Source of the DNA: a candidate division TA06 bacterium 32_111
GTDB taxonomy: Bacteria > Hydrothermota > 32-111
Length of the DNA: 64,000 bases
Assembly: GCA_001508335.1 (NCBI GenBank)
Contig: LGFX01000004.1
Coordinates: 1,646-65,645, forward strand
Reading direction: 5' to 3'
The notes beneath the pieces are model-generated. The model searched no databases. It worked only from the letters and a program-made list of their open reading frames with translations, and was not told the origin of the DNA. Of this stretch, positions 1 to 8,605 are shown piece after piece. Positions within the stretch are counted from its first letter, which is position 1; each line of letters begins with the position of its first letter. The position numbers and the translations under genes are program-made.

Positions 1-822
1 AATTTTATCTTTATCTATTTCGAATTTTTTATTTAAAAGTTCCTTTATTATATTTCTTTTTAAATCCTTTGTTAAAAAAAGTTGAATACCAGATTTTATC
101 ATAAAATTGTAGATTAATTCATCAACAATTGGCCTATATGGTTCCATAAGATCATCAGCAAGACAAAAAGAATTATATTTATTGTGATGAAAAATTCCAA
201 GTGTCGGATTTAAGCCTGAAGAACAGATTGCTCTTGAAGTCATCGCTCTTAAAATTGTATAACCATAATTTAAAATAGAATTTATACCGGGCAAATTTTT
301 CTCTCTTTTAAATTTATCACCAAAAAGTTTTTTAAAGTAAATTCTTGAAGCATAAGATTCAAGGTTGGAAGCATCACCTGAAAGAACTTTTTCTGCTATA
401 TTATTTAGACCAAAATCAAATTCTCTTATTTTTTTCAACACAGCGCCTTGAGATTTTATCTTTGCAGATATTAACTGTTTCCACAATTGTTTTTTTAATG
501 GCAAAGAAGCATTTATCTGTTTGTTGAATCTCTCTTGCTGAATATAATTCAACTCATAAGGTAAAAATACTCCAACTGGAAGATAAAACTGATCACAAAC
601 AACAATCATTCCTTTGTTCTTTGTAATTAGGGAAATTATATTTGTTGAGATAGAAGCAATAGGAGTTGTTATTAAAAGGACAGAGATCTCATTTATGGGA
701 ATTTTTCCTATTTTTTCATCATTTTTTGTAATAATGAGTTGTTCATACTCTGAATTTAATTTTACTGGACCTTCTGAGATTTCTATTATTTTTTCTAAAC
801 CTTTGTATTCTTTTAAAGTCAT
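1..822 (-). CDS. cas1: Cas1 integrase, type II-associated (N-terminal 274 codons; the C-terminus runs off the window start)
   Basis: Absent from the ORF track because it is open at the window edge. My own minus-strand translation from the ATG at 822 gives MTLKEYKGLEKIIEISEGPVKL...LNYGYTILRAMTSRAICSSGLNPTLGIFHHNKYNSFCLADDLMEPYRPIVD, which is the conserved Cas1 core. It starts 16 nt after the cas9 stop, the cas9-cas1 order typical of type II. Confidence 0.85.
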   Translation of the reverse strand, partial: MTLKEYKGLEKIIEISEGPVKLNSEYEQLIITKNDEKIGKIPINEISVLLITTPIASISTNIISLITKNKGMIVVCDQFYLPVGVFLPYELNYIQQERFNKQINASLPLKKQLWKQLISAKIKSQGAVLKKIREFDFGLNNIAEKVLSGDASNLESYASRIYFKKLFGDKFKREKNLPGINSILNYGYTILRAMTSRAICSSGLNPTLGIFHHNKYNSFCLADDLMEPYRPIVDELIYNFMIKSGIQLFLTKDLKRNIIKELLNKKFEIDKDKI

Positions 823-838
823 TTTGTTTATTTAAATT

Positions 839-3800
839 TTAATCATTTGAATAATGTTTTTCCCCTAAAATATTTATAACAACCTTTTTACAATTTCTTT
901 TTTTGAGTGATGAAGGACAAGCTGTTAATCCTGTTGCTGGAATATCAGTAATTTTTCTTGAATCATTTATTCTTGTGAATTTAATTTGATTGTTACTTGC
1001 TGAAATAATTCTTACAACAAAAAGTTCCCTTTTACCATTTTCAGTATCAAGTTCAATTATTTCACCTTTTGCAAGAGAGAATAAAAATTTTTTTCCTTCC
1101 CCTAAATTTTTATTTACAATTGGAAGTTTTTTCTTTTTTCTTTCATACGCTTCAAGTAACGAAACAACATAACCATCCCATTTTTTTGTTTTTAAATCTT
1201 CAAAAATCTCAATATGATGACTGTCTGAAGATTTAACATATCTTTTTGCTTTTTCGGGTCCAATTTCATTATAAGTTTCAAGTTTAGTTTTTATGGTTAC
1301 TTTATGGATTTGAATTTTTTTGCCATTTTTTTGAATAATATAAGGGTGGTCTTTTGGATCTTTGAATCTTATTTTAGGCTTTTCACCATTTAAAGAATTT
1401 ATTATAATATTTCTAATTTTGCTATCAACTATGTTGTCTATTAATTTTGAACTTTGCTTTTTTTTGTCTTCATCTTTTATAGTTAGTTCTTCCAAATTTA
1501 TTCTTTGGTGGGTATAACTTTTTTCTTCTTCTTTGAAAGGTTTTTTATAAAAAGTTTCATCATGTATTTGACCTGAAACTTTTTTGTTTATTCTTATAGA
1601 AATATTCATTTTTGCAATTATTTCTTCAACCTCTTTTCTAAAATTTTCCCAGGGGGCTTGGAAGTCTTTGAACAAGGAATTAATATTTTTTTCTCTTTTA
1701 GAAGCATCTGAAATCTTTTTTATCATTGAACTATCTGTTAATGCTATTGTAATAGCATCTATTGCATGATGTCTGTGATCCTCTCTTGTTTTTATATTTT
1801 CGTCATTTAAAATCGTATTTAATCCAAGTGCATATCTTAAAGTAGATGTAACTTTTCCAGAACTTGCAAAAATCCTTCTTTTTCTATTTTTATCTATTCC
1901 ATCCTCATTAATAGATCCATAAAGTAATCCTAAATATTTTTTTGCTAATTTTGATGCATATTTTGTATCATTTAAATTTTGAGTTGAAAAATTTTGAATG
2001 TAATTTTCTACATCTTCTTTTGTCATCTGAAATCTTCTCAACTTTTCATTTCTAACATTTGATTTAAATTTCTTTACCCTTTCTATTATTGCTTCCCATT
2101 TTTCAGTTCCATAATAAGCTTCGTAAGGAGTTTTATTGTGTTTAACTTTTCTATTCTCTTCAGAATAACATAAAGTTTTGTTTAAAAATGAGTTATCAAG
2201 TGACCTATCAAAAGGAATAATATGCTCTATATCAAACAAAGGATGTTCTCCGAAAAGAGAGTCCATGCTTATAGATCTCCCGGTATAAGGGCATTTACAA
2301 TCACATTCTTCAGCAAGAAGGTATTTTTGAATTTGAGTTTCAGTTGGTTCAGAAATTTTTAAATCATTTTTTAACTTTTCAATAACCTCCTCTCTTTTTT
2401 TTCTATTTTCTTGATTTTCTTTATGTTTTCTTTCCTTCTGTTTGTTTGATAATTTCAATTCTCTTGCAAGTTCAATTTTTATTGTTTCTGGTTTACCATA
2501 TTTTTTTATTAAAAAGTTTACCAAATATCTTGTTTCAGTTAAGGCTTTTTCTACAATGGGGTTTCTTACTTCAAAATATTTTTTTAATTCTTTTGATTTT
2601 ATTGGAGGTAAAAAGTCAAGTTCTTTTAAATTATCATTTTGCACTGAGTTTTCGGGATAAGCTAATTTGATAGCCTCATATTCCTTTTTACCTTCTTTTA
2701 GATAAGGTAAAAGTTTTTCAACAGCCTTTTTTGAAAAATTCAGATAACCATCTTCAAAAACAACTTTTGAAAATTCCTTCGACTCTTCATCAGATAATCC
2801 TAATTTTTTACCTCTTCTTTCAAGAGTTTCTATTTTTACAACAGTTCTCGCTTCGTTTATAAAGAAATTTTTCTTATCCTCATCGAAGTTATCCCAATCC
2901 TTTATAATGTTTTTCATTTTAACATTAGTTTTATTCCCTATTATGTACTTCTCACTTTTTTCTAAATTAAAGATGTATCTTTTTTCTGAAAGATTTAAAA
3001 TTTTTTTTATTTCTTTAAAAGAGAGTTTTTCACTGTTTTCAAGTTTTTCATACAATTTCTTTTTTTCATCAACAGTTAATTCTCTATTTTCCCCAGTTTC
3101 AGTGTCTATAACATTGAGGTTGTTAACTTTACACATATACCTATATCTTTGAGAAACAAGCAATGCAAGAGGTGCTCTTTTTTTCCCTCTTTCAAGAGAA
3201 CAAAAGCCAACTTTATCTTTTTGACTTTTAAGTTCTCTCTGGTGAAATATTAGTTTGTACAGTTTTTTCTTGAATTCATCAGTAAAAATATTTGGATAAA
3301 ACTCTTTCTGTTTATTGAATATTTTTTGAAATTCTTCTTCATACATTTTTCTATCAGTATGTCTTCCTCTTATCTTTTCACCATTTTCAAACAGTTTTGC
3401 AAAATATTCTCCAAGAGTTCTGCAACTATTTTTTTTTATTTCCTCTTTTAATGTGTTTATTTCAGATTGAATTATGCCATCTTCCTTTTTCTTTTTTTCA
3501 TCTTTATTCATTTCGGCTAATTCTCTTTTTGTACTTTTAAATCCTCTATGTTGTGCTATATGGTAAAAAATTCTTGCTATTTCTTCTAAACTCAATCTGT
3601 TATCAAGTGCTTCCCTTCTCAATATATATGGATTCCTTGACTTTTTATCAAGTTGGTATAAAAATTCAGCCCTTTCAAATGGATCATTTATTAAAACTTT
3701 TTGATTCTGAAAGAAACCTTCTTGAATAAAAAAATTTAATAACTTTTCAAGTCTTTTGGTTTTTCTAAAAAGTTGTCTTCTTCTCAATCTTGCTTCTCTT

Positions 3801-3973
3801 CTTTTAACATTTTTTGTTTTTCCTTTTCCATCTATTTCAATATCTTCTATGGATGGTTCAAAAATATGAACACCAGCATTAAAAAGTTTTATTGGTGAAC
3901 CATTTTCATCATTTTCTAAAATTGCCCAACCTATTGAGTTATAACCAAGATCTAATCCGAGAGTATACTTCAT
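839..3973 (-). CDS. cas9: Cas9 endonuclease, compact (1044 aa), type II-C-like
   Basis: RuvC-I motif LGLDLGYNSIGWAIL. Arg-rich bridge helix KRREARLRRRQLFRKTKR. HNH motif DIEHIIPFDRSLDNSFLNKTLCYSEENRKVKHNKTPYEA. RuvC-III motif DHRHHAIDAITIA. cas1 follows directly and no csn2 or cas4 lies between them. Confidence 0.95.
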   Translation of the reverse strand: MKYTLGLDLGYNSIGWAILENDENGSPIKLFNAGVHIFEPSIEDIEIDGKGKTKNVKRREARLRRRQLFRKTKRLEKLLNFFIQEGFFQNQKVLINDPFERAEFLYQLDKKSRNPYILRREALDNRLSLEEIARIFYHIAQHRGFKSTKRELAEMNKDEKKKKEDGIIQSEINTLKEEIKKNSCRTLGEYFAKLFENGEKIRGRHTDRKMYEEEFQKIFNKQKEFYPNIFTDEFKKKLYKLIFHQRELKSQKDKVGFCSLERGKKRAPLALLVSQRYRYMCKVNNLNVIDTETGENRELTVDEKKKLYEKLENSEKLSFKEIKKILNLSEKRYIFNLEKSEKYIIGNKTNVKMKNIIKDWDNFDEDKKNFFINEARTVVKIETLERRGKKLGLSDEESKEFSKVVFEDGYLNFSKKAVEKLLPYLKEGKKEYEAIKLAYPENSVQNDNLKELDFLPPIKSKELKKYFEVRNPIVEKALTETRYLVNFLIKKYGKPETIKIELARELKLSNKQKERKHKENQENRKKREEVIEKLKNDLKISEPTETQIQKYLLAEECDCKCPYTGRSISMDSLFGEHPLFDIEHIIPFDRSLDNSFLNKTLCYSEENRKVKHNKTPYEAYYGTEKWEAIIERVKKFKSNVRNEKLRRFQMTKEDVENYIQNFSTQNLNDTKYASKLAKKYLGLLYGSINEDGIDKNRKRRIFASSGKVTSTLRYALGLNTILNDENIKTREDHRHHAIDAITIALTDSSMIKKISDASKREKNINSLFKDFQAPWENFRKEVEEIIAKMNISIRINKKVSGQIHDETFYKKPFKEEEKSYTHQRINLEELTIKDEDKKKQSSKLIDNIVDSKIRNIIINSLNGEKPKIRFKDPKDHPYIIQKNGKKIQIHKVTIKTKLETYNEIGPEKAKRYVKSSDSHHIEIFEDLKTKKWDGYVVSLLEAYERKKKKLPIVNKNLGEGKKFLFSLAKGEIIELDTENGKRELFVVRIISASNNQIKFTRINDSRKITDIPATGLTACPSSLKKRNCKKVVINILGEKHYSND

Positions 3974-3982
3974 TTCTCCCCC

Positions 3983-4010
3983 TTGACAAAAATTTTTTTT
4001 TATTTATAAT
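3983..4010 (+). promoter_or_regulatory. Sigma70-type promoter (TTGACA-16 nt-TATAAT), divergent from cas9
   Basis: TTGACA at 3983-3988 and TATAAT at 4005-4010, both perfect hexamers, with a 16-nt spacer. Confidence 0.5.
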
Positions 4011-4016
4011 TAAATC

Positions 4017-4119
4017 TAATTCTACTTAAAACGATTTTGTAGTCAAGTCCCAGTAAGGCGAAAGCCGAACTGTTAGTCCCTAAGGGGACCAGCGGGCAGA
4101 TCCAGTATCTGCCCTTTTT
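4017..4119 (+). ncRNA. Putative tracrRNA (about 100 nt, structured, with an intrinsic terminator)
   Basis: It starts downstream of the consensus promoter. It contains a nexus-like UAAGGC-GAAA-GCC element, a GUCCC-UAAG-GGGAC hairpin, and a terminal GGGCAGAU...AUCUGCCC hairpin (4094-4114) followed by UUUUU. It sits immediately upstream of and divergent from cas9. The boundaries are predicted, not measured. Confidence 0.5.
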
Positions 4120-4230
4120 AATTTGGTTTTATAGAATTGTAATTTTTGTAAATTATTGTATTAGGGAGCGTATTTGGTTTTTGAACACTTAAATTTCTAT
4201 TTCCACATTTTAATATTAAGGAGGTGAAAA

Positions 4231-5451
4231 ATGAAAAAAACAATCATTGTTTGTCCAAATTGTAAAACCGAGATTGATGTTGAAGAAGTCCTTTATTTCC
4301 AAATTGAAAAAAAACTAAAAAATAGTTTAGAAAAAGAGTATAACGAAAAAAAAGAGAATTTAAAAAAAGAAAGAGAGATAATTGAAAGAGAAAAGGAAAA
4401 TATTCAAAAAAGGATTGAAAAAGAGGTTAATGAAAAAATTTCCGAAGAAAAAAAAGAAATGGAAAAGAAACTGAAAAAACAGATAGAAGATTCTTTTCAA
4501 GAACAGATCAAAATTTTGAATGATGAACTTTTAGAAAAAACAAATAAAATTAAGGAGTTAAATAGAACAAAGGCTGAAATTGAAAGGTTGAAAAGAGAAA
4601 AAGATGAATTAAAAGATAAAATAACTCTTGAACTTGAAAAAAAATATACAGAACAAATTAATGAGGAAAAAAGAAAAATAGAAAAAAATGAGCAGGAAAA
4701 AAATTATTTGGTATTGAAAGAAAAAGAAAAAATTATTGAAGATCTAAAAAAACAGTTGGAGGAAGCACAGAGAAAAGCAGAGCAAGGTTCTGTTCAATTA
4801 CAAGGTGAAGTTCAGGAATTGGAGATAGAAAATCTTTTGAAAGAAACTTTTTTTGAAGATAAAATTGAACCAATTAAAAAGGGGGAAAGAGGTGCCGACA
4901 TTTTACAAACTGTTATAGAAAATGGTTTTGAAATTGGAAGAATCTATTATGAAAGTAAAAGAACAAAAAACTTTAAAAAAGAATGGATAAAAAAATTTAA
5001 AGAGGACAATCTTGAAAAGAAAGCGGATATACTTGTTTTAGTTACAGAAGTTTTTCCAGAAGGACAAAAAAGTTTTTTTAATCAAGATGGTGTTTGGATT
5101 TGCAGTTTAAAAGAGTTGAAGGGAGTTGCTTTTGTTTTAAGGTTTATGTTAATTCAGGTCTATTACCAAAAAAAGATACAAACTGGGAAAAAGGAAAAAT
5201 CTGAAATCGTATATGAATATCTAACAAGTGTCGAATTTAAAAATCAATTTGAATCTATTGTGGCAGGTTTTTTAGAACTTCAAAAAGGATACAATGAAGA
5301 AAAAAATAAGATCCAGAAAATTTGGAAGGAAAGAGAAAAACAACTTGAAAAAATACTTAGTAGTACAATAGGAATTTATGGTTCTTTAAAAGGTTATATT
5401 GGAAGTTCTATGAAAGAGATAAAACAACTCGAGTTTGAAGAAAATGATTAA
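4231..5451 (+). CDS. DUF2130-like protein: N-terminal zinc ribbon, long coiled coil, C-terminal PD-(D/E)xK-like domain
   Basis: Strong RBS AAGGAGGTG. CPNCKTE zinc-ribbon start. A K/E-rich coiled coil of about 170 aa. C-terminal GERGADIL...IYYESKRTK, which fits a D...ExK nuclease-like motif. Confidence 0.65.
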   Translation: MKKTIIVCPNCKTEIDVEEVLYFQIEKKLKNSLEKEYNEKKENLKKEREIIEREKENIQKRIEKEVNEKISEEKKEMEKKLKKQIEDSFQEQIKILNDELLEKTNKIKELNRTKAEIERLKREKDELKDKITLELEKKYTEQINEEKRKIEKNEQEKNYLVLKEKEKIIEDLKKQLEEAQRKAEQGSVQLQGEVQELEIENLLKETFFEDKIEPIKKGERGADILQTVIENGFEIGRIYYESKRTKNFKKEWIKKFKEDNLEKKADILVLVTEVFPEGQKSFFNQDGVWICSLKELKGVAFVLRFMLIQVYYQKKIQTGKKEKSEIVYEYLTSVEFKNQFESIVAGFLELQKGYNEEKNKIQKIWKEREKQLEKILSSTIGIYGSLKGYIGSSMKEIKQLEFEEND

Positions 5452-5508
5452 AAAAATAAACCCTCTTTCGGTTGACTAATTCTTTTATTTTTATATAATA
5501 ATTAAATT

Positions 5509-5859
5509 ATGAACAAATTTACTGTTGAAACTGTAAAAAATTTAATCCCATGTAAGGAATGCTATGTGGTTGAACCTGAAAGATGTGTTTCATCTATATG
5601 TGCCTCTGATCTTATGAGTGAAGTTTTGATTATTGCACAAAAAGATGGGATAATCGTCACGAACCTTTTGAATATCCAGACAATTAGAACAGCAGAGATG
5701 GTTGAAGCATCAGCGATAGTTTTTGTAAGGGGTAAAAAACCGACAAAAGAGATGGTTGAACTTGCAAAAAAGAGTGGCATTTCAATATATGTAACAGATA
5801 AAGGAATGTTTGAGACTTGTGGAATGCTTTATGAAAAAGGTTTGAGTATGTTAATATGA
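5509..5859 (+). CDS. DRTGG domain protein (hydrogenase-cluster regulatory partner)
   Basis: A 116-aa ORF with the pattern ...ASDLMSEVL...IVTNLLNIQTIRTAEMVEASAIVFVRGKKP.... This small family accompanies sensory [FeFe]-hydrogenase clusters. A paralog lies at 7554..7880. Confidence 0.6.
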   Translation: MNKFTVETVKNLIPCKECYVVEPERCVSSICASDLMSEVLIIAQKDGIIVTNLLNIQTIRTAEMVEASAIVFVRGKKPTKEMVELAKKSGISIYVTDKGMFETCGMLYEKGLSMLI

Positions 5860-6287
5860 GTGAAATAAAGTTAAGTTTTGATATAAAACATAACGATTTT
5901 GATAGAGCGGGTTCTGCTTCAAGTAGTCTAAAAAATAGTTTAAAACAACTTGGATACCCTCCTGAGGATATAAGAAGGTTAGCTATAGCGAGTTATGAGG
6001 CAGAGATGAATGTTGTTGTTCATGCTTCAGATGGAAAGATGGAGGCAGTTATAACACCTGAAATGGTTGATGTTTGGGTTATCGATGGTGGTCCAGGAAT
6101 TAAAAATGTTGAACTTGCAATGCAGGAAGGTTATTCAACCGCACCGGACAAAATTCGAGAATTGGGTTTTGGTGCTGGTATGGGACTTCCAAATATAAAA
6201 AAGAACTCAGATTTCTTTGAGATCGAAAGTAAAGTTCCAGATGGAACAAAAGTTCATTTTATAATTAGGAGAAAATCTGGGAAGTGA
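5856..6287 (+). CDS. Stand-alone HATPase_c protein (RsbW/anti-sigma-kinase-like ATP-binding protein)
   Basis: Contains EAEMNVVVHA (N-box-like), IDGGPGI (G1-like) and GFGAGMGLPN (G2-like). It overlaps the previous ORF by 4 nt. Confidence 0.65.
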   Translation: MSEIKLSFDIKHNDFDRAGSASSSLKNSLKQLGYPPEDIRRLAIASYEAEMNVVVHASDGKMEAVITPEMVDVWVIDGGPGIKNVELAMQEGYSTAPDKIRELGFGAGMGLPNIKKNSDFFEIESKVPDGTKVHFIIRRKSGK

Positions 6288-6348
6288 AATTAAATACTTT
6301 CATTCTGTAAGGTTAAAAGAGGAAGAGTGCAAAGGTTGCACCCATTGT

Positions 6349-7557
6349 ATGAGAAGGTGTCCAACTGAAGCCATAAGGATAAGGAAAGAGAAGGCGTTTA
6401 TAATTGAAGAGAGGTGTATAGATTGTGGAGAATGCATAAGAATATGTCCAAACCATGCAAAATATGCTGTTTCAGATCCCTTGGAATCTTTGAAAAAATA
6501 CAGTTACAAAATTGCAATACCTGCACCATCAATAACAGGTCAATTTCCAGAAAGACTCGAGTTGGCAGGTATTTTAGGTGGACTTATAGAAATAGGTTTT
6601 GATGATGTTTTCGAGGTAGCAGTTGGTGCAGAGATAATTTCAAATTACACTCAAAAATATATTGAGGAACATAAGGATATAAGACCTTTAATCTCTTCTG
6701 CATGTCCTTCGGTTGTGAGGTTGGTCCAGGTAAAATTTCCATCACTTGTTGGCAACATAATCCCTTTGATAACACCTATGGACATTACAGCAAAGATAGC
6801 AAGGAGAGAGGCTATGAAAAAAACTGGACTTTCCGAAAACAAAATTGGGGTCTTTTTTATAACACCATGCCCTGCAAAGGTTACATCTGTCAAAGAACCT
6901 GTTGGAGAGGAAGTTTCACCTGTTGATGGAGTAATTTCTATAAGTGATATCTACGAAAATTTGATAAACCATTTAGATTCTATAAAAAAAAGAGGGGATC
7001 TTGTAAAGTCTGGGAAAAGGGGTTTAAGATGGGGAAGGGAAGGAGGAGAGAACGATTCTATAAAGGGAAAAATTAGAAAACTTTCAGTTGATGAGATACA
7101 TAATGTTATAAAAGTTCTTGAGAAAGTTGAAGATGGAAAAATGGAGATGTTCGATTACATTGAAGCTCAGGCGTGCCCTGGAGGTTGTGTTGGTGGAATA
7201 TTCAACAAAGAGAATCCTTTTGTTGCAAAAGAAAGGATAGATAGATTAGCAAGTATGATTGAAGAGGAATCGGAAGAATCGAAAGTACTTGTGAACGATG
7301 TAAAAGATAGGGAGTTGGTTCTCTCACAAAGTATAACTCCAAGACCTATAACACTTGATCCTGATATAAACGTTGCACTCGATAAACTTGAAAAGTTGAA
7401 CGAGATAGAGAAAAAGTTACCAGGAATCGATTGCGGCGCATGTGGTTGTCCAACATGTAAAGCTTTTGCTGAGGATATAGTTCAGGGAGTTAAGAGTATA
7501 GATGATTGTATAGTTATTCTCAAAGAGGAGTATAAAAAAGAAAAGGAGAGGTTATGA
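6349..7557 (+). CDS. HydS-like (putative sensory) [FeFe]-hydrogenase-family protein; the true start probably lies upstream of the first ATG
   Basis: H-cluster-type motifs are present: ISSACPSVV (an L1 variant with Ala at the proton-relay Cys position), TPCPAK (L2) and AQACPGGCVGG (L3). There is an N-terminal ferredoxin motif CIDCGECIRICP and a C-terminal CGACGCPTC Fe-S motif. The reading frame stays open back to 6265 and encodes another CKGCTHCMRRCP motif (see findings). Confidence 0.75.
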   Translation: MRRCPTEAIRIRKEKAFIIEERCIDCGECIRICPNHAKYAVSDPLESLKKYSYKIAIPAPSITGQFPERLELAGILGGLIEIGFDDVFEVAVGAEIISNYTQKYIEEHKDIRPLISSACPSVVRLVQVKFPSLVGNIIPLITPMDITAKIARREAMKKTGLSENKIGVFFITPCPAKVTSVKEPVGEEVSPVDGVISISDIYENLINHLDSIKKRGDLVKSGKRGLRWGREGGENDSIKGKIRKLSVDEIHNVIKVLEKVEDGKMEMFDYIEAQACPGGCVGGIFNKENPFVAKERIDRLASMIEEESEESKVLVNDVKDRELVLSQSITPRPITLDPDINVALDKLEKLNEIEKKLPGIDCGACGCPTCKAFAEDIVQGVKSIDDCIVILKEEYKKEKERL

Positions 7558-7880
7558 GAATTTCAGAGATAAAAGAAAAGTTGAATCTTACGGTTGTTAA
7601 TGATGGTGACTTAGAGTTTGAAAATGGGTATGTCTGTGATCTCCTTTCCGTTGTGATGGGAAAGATTCAACCAAAATCAGTCTGGCTTACAGTTCAAACT
7701 CATAAAAATATAGTTGCTGTCGCAAAAATGGCTGAAATATGTGCTATCATAATCTGTGATGGATTCTCACCTGATGAAGATACTGTTGAGGCAGCAAAGA
7801 AAGAGGGCGTCATTATTTTTAAAACCGAAAAGAAATCTTTTGAGGTTGCTGGATTATTGTACAATATGGGAGTTAAATGA
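7554..7880 (+). CDS. DRTGG domain protein (second copy)
   Basis: A 108-aa paralog of 5509..5859 (VCDLLSVVM...IVAVAKMAEICAIIICDGFSP). It has 4-nt overlaps with both neighbours. Confidence 0.6.
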   Translation: MRISEIKEKLNLTVVNDGDLEFENGYVCDLLSVVMGKIQPKSVWLTVQTHKNIVAVAKMAEICAIIICDGFSPDEDTVEAAKKEGVIIFKTEKKSFEVAGLLYNMGVK

Positions 7881-8602
7881 GACACAAGGCGGATCTACAC
7901 ATACACACCTGTTTATCGCCATGTGCTGATTGGTATATGTCTCCAGTTCAAATTTCGAAAATGGCACAGTTTATGAGACTCGATATTATTGCCGTAACAG
8001 ACCATAATGCTATCCATAACATAAAAGGTGTTATGGATGCCGCAGACCTTTTAGATGTTGAGGTTATTCCAGGAATAGAGATACAGACGAGAGAGGAAAC
8101 GCATATCCTTGGATATTTTGAAAATCTTGAAACCTGTGAGAATTTTTACAAAGAATTTGAAAAATCTCTACCAAAGATAAAAAATGACCCTGAAAAGATG
8201 GGGAAAGAGGTTGTTGTGGATATGTACGATGATGTTTTGTATGAGTATGAGTACTTTTTAGGGGTATCTTCCGAGTTGTCTGTTGATGAGGTTGTGAATC
8301 TTATACACGATTTTGGTGGACTCGCTTTTGCTTCACATATAGATAGGCCAAATTTTTCAATAGTATCACAACTTGGTTTTATTCCACCAGATTTGAAAAT
8401 AGATGGAGTTGAAGTTGTAAAAAATGTTGATTTATACAAAGAAAAGTATAAAATAATTTGTTGTTCCGATGCTCATTACATCGATGAGGTAGGAAGAAGG
8501 TATATATCTTTTGAATTTGATGGTAGTATAGAGAATAAAGGTTTTGAAGTTTTTAAAAAAGTTCTTGGAGAGAACATGATCGAATGTCATAAAGGAGGAT
8601 AA
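7877..8602 (+). CDS. PHP-domain (polymerase/histidinol-phosphatase-like) metal-dependent phosphoesterase
   Basis: N-terminal ADLHIHTCLSPCA and AVTDHN motifs, followed by FASHIDRP. Confidence 0.7.
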   Translation: MRHKADLHIHTCLSPCADWYMSPVQISKMAQFMRLDIIAVTDHNAIHNIKGVMDAADLLDVEVIPGIEIQTREETHILGYFENLETCENFYKEFEKSLPKIKNDPEKMGKEVVVDMYDDVLYEYEYFLGVSSELSVDEVVNLIHDFGGLAFASHIDRPNFSIVSQLGFIPPDLKIDGVEVVKNVDLYKEKYKIICCSDAHYIDEVGRRYISFEFDGSIENKGFEVFKKVLGENMIECHKGG

Positions 8603-8605
8603 AAG

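Noticed and set aside
990-3152. Short + strand ORFs (60-81 aa) inside cas9, and similar antisense ORFs inside ileS, hydA, the nuoF-like genes, cas10 and others.
   Set aside because: They lie antisense to long, motif-rich genes and have low-complexity F/L/S/I-rich translations typical of AT-rich antisense frames. They have no RBS.
4182-4195. A 14-nt identity, TGAACACTTAAATT, shared by two promoter-proximal intergenic regions (4182-4195 and 33628-33641), considered as a possible regulator binding site.
   Set aside because: In a 64-kb window this AT-rich, my rough estimate is that hundreds of 14-mer coincidences are expected by chance. I found no palindromy and no third exact copy.
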